From: Myxococcales bacterium
Lineage (GTDB): Bacteria; Myxococcota_A; UBA9042
Length of the DNA: 64,000 bases
Reading direction: 5' to 3'
Assembly (NCBI GenBank): GCA_037441385.1
Contig: JBBISH010000012.1
Coordinates: forward strand, 22,480-86,479
The position numbers were made by a program, and so were the translations under genes. Every line of letters starts with the position of its first letter. Positions within the stretch are counted from its first letter, which is position 1. The notes below the pieces were generated by a model that was given only the letters and a program-made list of their open reading frames with translations, was not told the DNA's origin and did not search any database. Positions 37,830-46,200 of the stretch are shown here, piece by piece.

Positions 37830-38939
37830 CTACTGTGCACGAAATTGCAGAACCTTTGCGCCCGTCGAGGCTGGCGCCGCCGAGCCGAACCGGCCGTAGT
37901 CTTCGGCAAACGCAGCGGGCTGCAGGTGGGCGTAGCGCATGGTCATCTGGATCGACTGATGGCCCAGAATCTTCTGCAGTTTCCACAGGTCGCCGCCGTT
38001 CATCGCCCAGTGGCTGGCAAACGTGTGGCGCAAGCTGTGAAAGTGGATCGCGTGCTTGTAGCGGCCCGACGCGGGACGCTTGAACCCGGCGGCGTCCAGC
38101 ACGTCATGTAGGCGCTCTTGGAAGATCCGGGCGCTGGGCTGGTGCTGCTGCCCATCGCGGTTGGGAAAGACCAGGTCCGTTGGATTCCGCTGCAGCCAGT
38201 CGCGCAGCACAGGTAGCAGCGGATCCAAGATCGGTACGGGGCGCGAGCGCCCGCTCTTGGTCGGGCCCGCGTGGCTGCGCTGGACCATGATCAGTCGCCG
38301 TGCAAAGTTCACATCGGACCAGCGCAGGGCCGCCAGTTCGCCAACCCGCAGACCGGTGTACACGGCAGTCGCATACATCACGAAGACGTCGGGGCCGGCC
38401 TCGGCGGCTGCGGCCAAGAAGCGGTCGATGTCGTCCTGGCTCTGCAGAAACGTGTAATCTTCGGCATCTACATAGGTCTTGGGCTTCTTGATGCGCGGCA
38501 GGGTCGCCAGCCACCCCAGGTCGATCGCTGTGCGGAGCATGGTGCCGAGGAGCGTCAGGATGTTCGACACCGTCTTGGGGCTCAGATCGCGCTTGCTTGC
38601 CCGCAGGGCGTCGATGTGCGCCACGCCGATCGCCGTGAGCCGCAACGGCCCCAAGGCAGGCTTGAGGTGCTTGCGGATGACGCTCTGGTCGTCCTTCTGG
38701 CTGCGCTTCTCCACCGCGTGGTTGGCGAGCCAGTACTCGCACAGCTCGTCGAACGTGTGCTCGATCGGCGGAGCCGGGCGACTCCCCGCCTTGATCGCGT
38801 CGACCTCGGCTTGGCGGGCCCGCAGCGCCTTCTCGGCGTCGCGGTGGTTGTCGTGGAGTTCAGAGCACCGCTTTCCCGTGTGATCGGTCCAGCGGATACG
38901 GTACTTGTCGCGGAATTTCTCGGGGGTTGCCATGCGCAT
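37830..38939 (-). CDS. int: Tyrosine recombinase / phage-type integrase
   Basis: TGLRVGEL, PTKSG, HSLRHTFAS, LGH...MTMRYAH; intact R-K-H-R-H-Y catalytic set. Confidence 0.95.
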   Translation of the reverse strand: MRMATPEKFRDKYRIRWTDHTGKRCSELHDNHRDAEKALRARQAEVDAIKAGSRPAPPIEHTFDELCEYWLANHAVEKRSQKDDQSVIRKHLKPALGPLRLTAIGVAHIDALRASKRDLSPKTVSNILTLLGTMLRTAIDLGWLATLPRIKKPKTYVDAEDYTFLQSQDDIDRFLAAAAEAGPDVFVMYATAVYTGLRVGELAALRWSDVNFARRLIMVQRSHAGPTKSGRSRPVPILDPLLPVLRDWLQRNPTDLVFPNRDGQQHQPSARIFQERLHDVLDAAGFKRPASGRYKHAIHFHSLRHTFASHWAMNGGDLWKLQKILGHQSIQMTMRYAHLQPAAFAEDYGRFGSAAPASTGAKVLQFRAQ

Positions 38940-39090
38940 CCTTTTAGGTGCGCGCGTCCAGTTGCGGAAGAATACGAAACCGACCGGATCCTGGTTTTCC
39001 AGCCCGGTATGCGACTTCTAGCGACGAAAGCGCCCGGGTGCCGGCCGCGCAACAGTGTCTTGCGCAGCGGCAGGGGCCCCGGTGGGTCCG

Positions 39091-39112
39091 TGGTCACAAA
39101 GTGGTCACAAAA
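39091..39112. promoter_or_regulatory. Putative integrase arm-type sites, right
   Basis: TGGTCACAAA-G-TGGTCACAAAA tandem pair. Confidence 0.6.
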
Positions 39113-39116
39113 CGCC

Positions 39117-39157
39117 GAAAGCCCGGCACCTACGGCGAACGTAAGTACCGGGCTTTC
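39117..39157 (-). terminator. Element-derived terminator-like hairpin downstream of the tRNA
   Basis: GAAAGCCCGGTAC...GTGCCGGGCTTTC followed by GGCGTTTTG. Confidence 0.6.
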
Positions 39158-39162
39158 TTGGA

Positions 39163-39227
39163 GTCGCGGGGGCAGGATTTGAACCTGCGACCTTCGGGTT
39201 ATGAGTGGCGGACGCTGACCTTGGTGG
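39163..39227 (-). repeat. Right att direct repeat (65 bp)
   Basis: Identical to 25135-25199. Confidence 0.93.
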
Positions 39228-39237
39228 CCACCCCGCA
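39164..39237 (-). pseudogene. tRNA-fMet(CAT) with aberrant D-arm and 5' anticodon stem (pseudo-tRNA or assembly artefact)
   Basis: TGCGGGGTGG + 22 non-tRNA nt + CTCATAACCCGAAGGTCGCAGGTTCAAATCCTGCCCCCGCGA; correct 74-nt length, acceptor and T stems intact, anticodon stem cannot pair. Confidence 0.75.
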
Positions 39238-39244
39238 GTCAGGC

Positions 39245-39273
39245 CTTGTAAAGGAAGTGGGGCAGGCTGTCAA
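39245..39273 (-). promoter_or_regulatory. Sigma70-type promoter of the tRNA-fMet gene
   Basis: TTGACA-N17-TACAAG with an upstream T tract, 7 nt before the tRNA 5' end. Confidence 0.65.
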
Positions 39274-39392
39274 CGCGCCGCACAAAAAAACGGACAGGCG
39301 CCTGTCGATTGTTTCGGCCACTGGTCGGGCTGGTTGGCCGGCAGTATGCATTTCAGGACATTGTGCCGGCAGCGCGACGGCGGGAACGGTGA

Positions 39393-39722
39393 TCACGCGA
39401 CGGCGTCGTCGATCTCTTCCAGCAGGTCCTCCGCATCGCCGCGCGGCCCGGCGTGGGACTGGGCGATCGCGAGCCGGAGCGCCTCTTGCGCCAGCGACCG
39501 GGCCTGGGCATGGGCCCCGAGCGCGACCAGTGCCTGCGCCCGGCGCAACCACGCCATCATCAAATCCGGCTGCAGTACGGCAGCTCGCTCAAAGGCGTGC
39601 TCGGCCTCGGCGTAGCGCAGGCCCTCGAACAGCGCTTGCCCGAGCGAGAACCACACCAGCTCGTTGTCGGGATCCTCAGCCAACATGGCCCGGAAGCTCT
39701 GGATTCGCGCGTCATCGGTCAT
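39393..39722 (-). CDS. Small TPR protein
   Basis: LAEDPDNELVWFSLGQAL...AVLQPDLMMAWLRRAQAL. Confidence 0.8.
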   Translation of the reverse strand: MTDDARIQSFRAMLAEDPDNELVWFSLGQALFEGLRYAEAEHAFERAAVLQPDLMMAWLRRAQALVALGAHAQARSLAQEALRLAIAQSHAGPRGDAEDLLEEIDDAVA

Positions 39723-40046
39723 CGTTGCCCAAAGCCGCCCTCCAAGGCGGCAGTTGCGGCGATTGTGGCGCAGCGGCGCGACCAGCGCCAGCAGCGCGCG
39801 ACCAATCCTTCCTGCTTGGGCTGGGCCGCCAGCAATCGCACAGGATAGTCCTATGAAATCATCGGACATCAGAGGGAACGTTTTGCGCGGTGCTCGGCCA
39901 GGATTCCGCCGGCGGCTGGTCTGCGGACTGCGCGCAGGTTGCGTTTTTTTGCGCGACGCTCGGCCTGCTCGTACGCTGCGTGCGGCGTTTGGGCTGCGAC
40001 TCGCTGGGCGGCGAGTTCGGATCGCTACCGCCCGCAAACTGCCGAG

Positions 40047-41348
40047 GTGTCCGTGAAGCGCCCGCGTCTGCAACTGTCGATAACTCAAACGCTCGCCGTC
40101 CTTGGCAGCCTGACTGTGGTCGCCGCGACCCTGGCCTGGGCCAGCCGGCCTGTGGCGGTGCCCCCAGCGCCTCCCCGTCCGCAGGCCGCCGCTCCGGCCC
40201 CGCGACCGGCACCGCCGCCGCCCCCGCTGGTCATGCAGGCTGCCGAGATCAAGACGGCCCAGGCTGGCCCAGACGGCCGCCTGGTGCTGCCGCGCGCTCC
40301 GCATCCGCAGCCGACCACCCTGCAAGACGACCTGCAGCGCGCCGTGGCCGACGAGCTGGCCAAGTCTGGGCTGCCCTACGGCGCCGTGGTGCTGATGGAC
40401 CCCAAGACGGGCGCCGTACTCGCGATGGCCGAGACCCGCGACGAAGCCGACCCCGTCGGACGCATCGGCGATCTGACCCGGCCCACGGTGCCGGCGGCGT
40501 CGGTGTTCAAGATCGTCACGGCGGCGGCCCTGCTCGAATCGGGGCACAAGCCCGACCTAACGGCGTGTTTTCATGGCGGATTGCATGGTCTCGACGCATC
40601 GCACTTGGTGGAGCGCCCGAGCGATCGGCGTTGCGAGACGCTGACCGAAGCGCTGGCACGCTCGTCGAATGCCGCGTTTGCGCGGTTTGCCCTCCGCGAC
40701 CTGGAGCCAGGGGCGCTGACGAAAATGGCCAATGCTTTTGGGTTCAACCGCACCCTGCCCGGCGATGTGGCGCTGTCGCCGTCTCCGTTTGCCGAAGCGA
40801 CGCAACCGCTGGAGCGTGCCCGCAACGCCGCCGGTTTTGCCGGATCGCAACTGAGCCCATTGCATGCCGCCTGGTTGGCCGCGGTGGTGGCGAGCGACGG
40901 GCATGTGCCCAGGATTGCTGCGCTTGGCTTGGGCGATCCGGCGGTGGTGGGCCCAACGGCCGTACCACCGATCAGCGAGGCAACGGCCCGCAGCTTGCGC
41001 GCGATGATGGTGCAAACGACGGAGATCGGGACCGGCCGGCACGCGTTTGCCGTACGCCCCAAGTCGCTCCGAGGTATCGATGTGGGCGGCAAGACGGGTT
41101 CACTCTCTGCTCCAGAAGGCGAGATGTTTCGCCATGTTTCGTGGTTCGTCGGCTTTGCCCCGGCCGACCGGCCCCAGGTTGCCGTGGCCGCCTTGGCGAT
41201 CAACGGCTGGAAGTGGAAGGTCAAGGCTCCGGCCCTGGCCCGCGATGCGCTGGGGATCTACTTCGACAAGTCCGGTGCGCGCACCGCCTTGGATGTTTCG
41301 CCGCCAGCCTCGCCAGCCCCCACTCGTGCGGCCACGCCCGCTGGCTAG
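40047..41348 (+). CDS. Penicillin-binding protein, transpeptidase domain only
   Basis: AVVLMDPKTGAVLAM, SVFK (SxxK), SSN (SxN), KTG; start uncertain. Confidence 0.88.
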   Translation: MSVKRPRLQLSITQTLAVLGSLTVVAATLAWASRPVAVPPAPPRPQAAAPAPRPAPPPPPLVMQAAEIKTAQAGPDGRLVLPRAPHPQPTTLQDDLQRAVADELAKSGLPYGAVVLMDPKTGAVLAMAETRDEADPVGRIGDLTRPTVPAASVFKIVTAAALLESGHKPDLTACFHGGLHGLDASHLVERPSDRRCETLTEALARSSNAAFARFALRDLEPGALTKMANAFGFNRTLPGDVALSPSPFAEATQPLERARNAAGFAGSQLSPLHAAWLAAVVASDGHVPRIAALGLGDPAVVGPTAVPPISEATARSLRAMMVQTTEIGTGRHAFAVRPKSLRGIDVGGKTGSLSAPEGEMFRHVSWFVGFAPADRPQVAVAALAINGWKWKVKAPALARDALGIYFDKSGARTALDVSPPASPAPTRAATPAG

Positions 41349-41507
41349 AAAGCGCTCAAAAGAACTCCCGAATCTGCGACAGACGTCGCGTGCAAGCCGA
41401 CCACGCCAAGCGGGCGTGCGGCCGCGATGTGGCCCAACGCAGCGCGGTTCTGGCCGCTACCGCGACGCCCCCCTTCATGTCGAGCGATCTGCCGGCCGTT
41501 GGGGGGC

Positions 41508-41536
41508 TTGACGCCGCACGCCGGCGCAGCTAAAGT
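41508..41536 (+). promoter_or_regulatory. Sigma70-type promoter of the tRNA-Gln/Glu pair
   Basis: TTGACG-N17-TAAAGT. Confidence 0.6.
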
Positions 41537-41583
41537 ATCGCGCACCGCTGGCCACCGCGCGTGGCTCGCCGCAGAAAATCCAC

Positions 41584-41657
41584 AGGGGGATCGTCTAAAG
41601 GCAGGACCGCAGACTCTGAATCTGCTTATCTAGGTTCGAATCCTAGTCCCCCTGCCA
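41584..41657 (+). tRNA. tRNA-Gln(CTG)
   Basis: AGGGGGA/TCCCCCT acceptor, GCAGA-CTCTGAA-TCTGC anticodon arm, CTAGG-TTCGAAT-CCTAG, encoded CCA. Confidence 0.95.
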
Positions 41658-41741
41658 ACTCGGCACGCCGCGCGGTGTCCCCGCGCAACCCGGTTGACTT
41701 CGACATCGAGGATCAGCCCGACCCGCGAGCCGATTGGCAGC

Positions 41742-41813
41742 GCCCCGTTAGTCTAGCGGTCAGGACACGGCCCTCTCAAGGCTGGGACAGGAGTTCAATT
41801 CTCCTACGGGGCA
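41742..41813 (+). tRNA. tRNA-Glu(CTC)
   Basis: GCCCCGT/ACGGGGC acceptor, CGGCC-CTCTCAA-GGCTG, AGGAG-TTCAATT-CTCCT; no encoded CCA. Confidence 0.93.
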
Positions 41814-41860
41814 CCCTTCCATTTCCTGCGGAATCGGCGAAAGTTCTGTGGGTTCGGCGA

Positions 41861-41948
41861 AAGCGCCGCGGAAGAAGGCAAGAAGCGCCGCGGAAGAAGG
41901 CAAGAAGCGCCGCGGAAGAAGGCAAATAGCGCCGCGGAAGAAGGCAAA
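41861..41948. repeat. 22-bp tandem repeat x4
   Basis: AAGCGCCGCGGAAGAAGGCAA(G/A) units at 41861, 41883, 41905 and 41927. Confidence 0.9.
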
Positions 41949-42077
41949 TGGTGCGACTGTCGTGTCAGTTGCACGGTTGGCGAAGGTCGACATCCAGGGC
42001 TAAGCCTGAAGCCAGGCGGTGCCCGCTGCGATGTCGGCCTTTCTTGTTTTTCGCGCCCGCTGCGTTCTTCGCGCCCA

Positions 42078-43295
42078 GTGGCCGTCGCTGAACCAGTGGA
42101 TCCCCAAGCGGAACCGGCCGATCCGCGAGTGCCCATGCCGCCGTCTGCCCCAGCTCCCAGCACGCTCCGGGTCGCACCGCCGCACGCGGGCCAGCCTTTT
42201 GGTCGCTGGGCCAAGGTCAGCGCGAGCGATTGGCATGACTGGCGCTGGCAGTTGCGCAACCGCCTGACCACAGCCGCAGACTGGGCGCAAGTGCTGGGGC
42301 TCGATCCCGCCGATTGCGACTTTGTGGCCAGCGGCGCCGCCTTTGAGGTGGGGGTGACGCCCTATTTCGCGAGCCTCTGTGAGCCCGGCAACTCCGCTTG
42401 CCCGCTGCGGTTGCAGGTGGCGCCGCAGCGCGCCGAGGCGACGACCCGCGACTTCGAGCGGCTCGATCCCCTGGGCGAGGACCCACACCGTCGCGCGCCG
42501 GGCTTGGTCCACAAGTACCCCGACCGGGTGCTGCTGCTCATCACCGATCGCTGCGCCGCCTACTGCCGTTATTGCACGCGAGCTCGCTGGGTTGCGGGCG
42601 ACCAAGAGCGGCTCGGCGAAGACGAGCTGGACCAGGCGATCGCGTACATCGCAGCGACGCCGCAGATTCGCGACGTGCTGATTTCGGGTGGCGATCCGTT
42701 GCTGTGGTCGGCGGCGCGGTTGCGGCGCTTGCTGGATCGCCTGGACGGCATCGATCACCTGCGCTGGGTGCGGATCGGCACCCGCGTCCCCGTGTTCCTG
42801 CCGATGCGCATCGACGCCGAGCTGACCGAAGCCCTGCGGCCGCGTCGCCTGCCGCTGTTCCTCAACGTTCACTGCAACCACTATGCGGAGTTGACGACGC
42901 AAGCAGTGAAAGCTCTTGCTCTTTTGGCCGGTGCCGGCATCGGCTTGGGCGGTCAGTCGGTGCTGCTCCGTGGCGTCAACGACGACATCACCACCCTGCG
43001 CGAGACTTGGTATGCGATGCTCGGCGCGCGGGTTCGGCCCTACTACCTGTTCCACTGCGATCCCATCTTGGGCAGCGGGCACTTGCGCACCTCGGTCAAC
43101 GACGGGCTGGCGCTGATGCGGCAAGCGATTGGCTTTACCAGCGGCATGGCGGTGCCCAAGTACTGCATCGACCTGGAGGGGACGGGCAAAGTGCCGCTTT
43201 GGCCCCAGTACGTGCAGCAAATCGAGCGCGAGTGGATCACCGGTGTCAGCTATGCGGGCGAGGCCTGGCGGTACCGCAACGATCCGCAGACTTGA
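42078..43295 (+). CDS. KamA-family radical SAM protein (lysine 2,3-aminomutase-like)
   Basis: WHDWRWQLRN, LDPLGED, HKYPDRVLL, CAAYCRYCTR, SGGDPL, QSVLLRGVND, PYYLFHCD, GKVP. Confidence 0.9.
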   Translation: MAVAEPVDPQAEPADPRVPMPPSAPAPSTLRVAPPHAGQPFGRWAKVSASDWHDWRWQLRNRLTTAADWAQVLGLDPADCDFVASGAAFEVGVTPYFASLCEPGNSACPLRLQVAPQRAEATTRDFERLDPLGEDPHRRAPGLVHKYPDRVLLLITDRCAAYCRYCTRARWVAGDQERLGEDELDQAIAYIAATPQIRDVLISGGDPLLWSAARLRRLLDRLDGIDHLRWVRIGTRVPVFLPMRIDAELTEALRPRRLPLFLNVHCNHYAELTTQAVKALALLAGAGIGLGGQSVLLRGVNDDITTLRETWYAMLGARVRPYYLFHCDPILGSGHLRTSVNDGLALMRQAIGFTSGMAVPKYCIDLEGTGKVPLWPQYVQQIEREWITGVSYAGEAWRYRNDPQT

Positions 43296-46200
43296 TGCGC
43301 GGTTGCGGAGTCGCCAGGGCCGGGGCTACGATGGGGGCTGGCTGTTTGCTGCCCGGCGCTGGAGGCACATTGGCACGATTCCGACGCGTTGGGCTGCTGG
43401 TTGCCCTGGTGTGGGCAACTTGCGGCTGCGGTGCGGGGCAAGTCGCCGCAAACAAGCCGGCGCCCCTGCCGGCGGCGCAGGCCATTGCTGAAGCGCGGCG
43501 TGCCGCGGCGACTCAGGCCTGGAGTGAGGTTCTGGCCATTTACGCTCGGACCACGCCGCCGGCACCCATGCAGGTCGAACTGGCGGCCGTGCGCGCCCTT
43601 TGGGAGCTGCACCGCGACGCCGAGGCCAAAGCGGCCGTGCCCCGGCTTGTGCCGCTACTGCGGGTCGAGCACCGCGACGATGTGCTCGAACTGGCTCACT
43701 TTCTTCGCAGCGAGCGCCGCCAGCCGGCGTCCGCGTGGGCGTGGCTGGCCCCCCTGGTTGCGGGTGGTTGTGACGTAACCCCATACTCGTCCGAGCTTTG
43801 CCGCGAAGCGGGCCACACGCTAGCGGCCATGGACAGCGCGGCCCCGACTTGGGGGGCCGAGGCGTTGCGCGCGGCGCCGCAAAACCCAAAGCGGCACTGG
43901 CATTGGATGCAGTTCGTGGCGGGCCAGGCTGCGACGCGCGGACCTGCGGCGCCGCCGGCCGTGCTGGCCTGGCTGCTGACCGATGCCGCGCGCCAGCCGG
44001 CTGCGATGGAGGGCTGGTGGTTGGCCTACGGTGTGGCGCGCACCCTGCCCGGCGACGACCCACGAGCCAGTTGGCGTGCGGCGGTCACGGCGGCCACAAC
44101 GCCCACAGCGACCCTGTTGCAGGTCGCCAATCAGGTCGCGTGGCAAGAAGATCGCGCCTCGTGTAGCGAGCTTTTGCGGGTGGCCACGGCGCGCGGCGAC
44201 CAGCCCGAAGCGCCTGGGCTGCTGGCGGCTGCCTTGGCCCGGCAGGACGATGCCGAAGGGTTGGCGCGGCTCTCGGCCGACGGGGCGCCGCAGTTCACCA
44301 CGCCCGTGGCCCAATTGTCCTTGGTGCGGGCGCTACTGGCCGTGCGACAAGGGACGCTGGCCGCGCAGTTTCTGAGCCGGTGGGGCACCCCAAATGCCGA
44401 GTGGCAGGCGCTGCGGGCAGAAGCCGCGCGCCAGACGGGCAACCAAGATGCCGCGCGCGCCCTGGTGGCCAGCATCGACACGGCCCCCGGCGATCGCTCG
44501 CTGGCGTGGCTGATCGTCGGCGAGACGTGGCGCCGCAGTCATCCGGGCGAGGCGCAGCACAGCTTGGAACGGGCGGCGACGACTCCGGGTCTGGGCCAGC
44601 GAACTGCGGCGGCCCTACGAGCCCAGTGGCTAGTGGCCGGCCATCGCACCGCGGCATCGACCGCGGCCGTGTTGACGTACGCGCGCTTGCTGGAGCCGCG
44701 CACTGCCCTGCCGGGCGCCGGTGGGGCTGCACTGGCCGTGACCCCCGCAGTCGAAGACGCGCGCCGCGAGTTGCTGGCCTGGATCGCGTTGCCCGAGTGG
44801 CAAGAGGTTTCGCAAGCCGTCGTGCAAGGTTTTGCTGGCGCGGGCGTGGCGCCGCCCGAGCAGCTGCGCGAAGTCGCCGTGCAAGCCGCCCAACGCGAAG
44901 ACTTGGATGCCTTCCTAGCGGTGGATGCCCAGGCCCGCGCCGTCGCGGACGAGCGGTTTGTGGCCCTGCCCACCAAGGGCTTATTCTTGCAGTTGCTGCG
45001 CCGCGGCCCGTGGTTGGCCCGGTGGCTCCAGGAGGCAGGCACGCGCGACTTGGACGACGGGCAGCTGCTCTGGTCGGGCGCGGCGGTGCTCTTCGAGAGC
45101 GGTTTTGGCAGTCTGGCTCAGCAGTTGCTTGGCGTGGCGCTGGCCCGGACCGCAGTGGGCGACTTCGAACCCCCGCCGCCCCAGCTCCAGAAGTTGGCCA
45201 TCAGTGGCGCCGCCGATCAGGTGTTGGGCGAGGTGGCCAGACGGCGCGCTGCCGCTGCGGGCAAACCGATGGATCCCGGCGTAGAGCTGTTGGAAGCGCT
45301 CGCCCTGCTGGCAACCGGAAAGCCGGATGCCGCCGCCCAGGTCCTGGACCAGACCGCCAACCGACCGGACCTGCCAACCCGAACCCTGCGCCCGTTGCTG
45401 GACTTGGCTGCCCAGTATGGCCTTTGCGCCACGGTGCGGACGCTGGCGCCGCGGCTGATGGCCGAGTCCGACCTGTACTCGCTGCGCGCAGGCCTGGAGC
45501 AGGGGCTGACCTGTGCCCGCCGGCAGGGCGACGCGGCCCTGGCCCGCAGTCTGGTCAAGGTGGCCTACGGCGCGCGCCTGGACGCCAATCGCTTGGATTC
45601 GGCAGCGCGCGCGCTGGTCCAGGCCGGATTCTTTGCGATAGCGCTCGATATCTTTCCGCAGCTGGCGCAATTGCGGCCGCCCAGCGACGAGACCCTGTTG
45701 GACTGGGCCAAGGCGTTGCTGGCCAGCGGTATGGCCGATCAGGCCGCCGACCTGTTGCGCGGTGCGCAGACCAACGGGCGGCAGGTGGCGCGGCTGTGGC
45801 GACACGCGTGGAATCTTTTCGAGAACTATGGCGAGCCAGTCCTTGCGGTGGAATTTGCCCGCAAGACATTGGCATTCGAGCCCGATGCGCCGTCTGTGCG
45901 CAGCCGACTGATTGCGATGCTGCTGCGCTTGGACCAGCGCGCGGCCGCAGCCAGCGAGCTGGCGATCCTTGCCGAATCGGGCATGGACGATCGCGACGCA
46001 GTGACCATCTTGACCTTTGCCCGCCGCGCGCGGGCGCAACGGCCCCTTCTAGAGGTGCTGGTCGCGCGCACCAACCTGGATCGCGACTCGGCGTGGTTGC
46101 GGGGCGAACTGGCAGCCGATCTGAGTGATCGCGCCGCGGTGCAATCCACCTTACAGCAGCTGCGGTCCAAGAATACCAGCCCGCCGCCAGAGGCTGTGCA

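Larger units (their letters stand above)
25135..39227. mobile_element. ~14.1-kb integrative element at tRNA-fMet (satellite-like or integrative plasmid)
   Basis: 65-bp terminal direct repeats, adjacent tyrosine integrase and Xis-like HTH, primase, helicase, iteron-like repeats; no capsid, terminase or T4SS genes recognised. Confidence 0.9.

Noticed and set aside
25135..39227. Complete prophage or ICE
   Set aside because: No recognisable terminase, portal, capsid, tail, relaxase or T4SS genes.
39200..39240. Group I intron in the tRNA-fMet anticodon loop
   Set aside because: The tRNA 5' end is at the normal distance, so nothing is inserted; no terminal G precedes CAT and no intron core is present.
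41861..41948. CRISPR or iteron origin
   Set aside because: No spacers, and no adjacent rep gene or AT-rich unwinding region.
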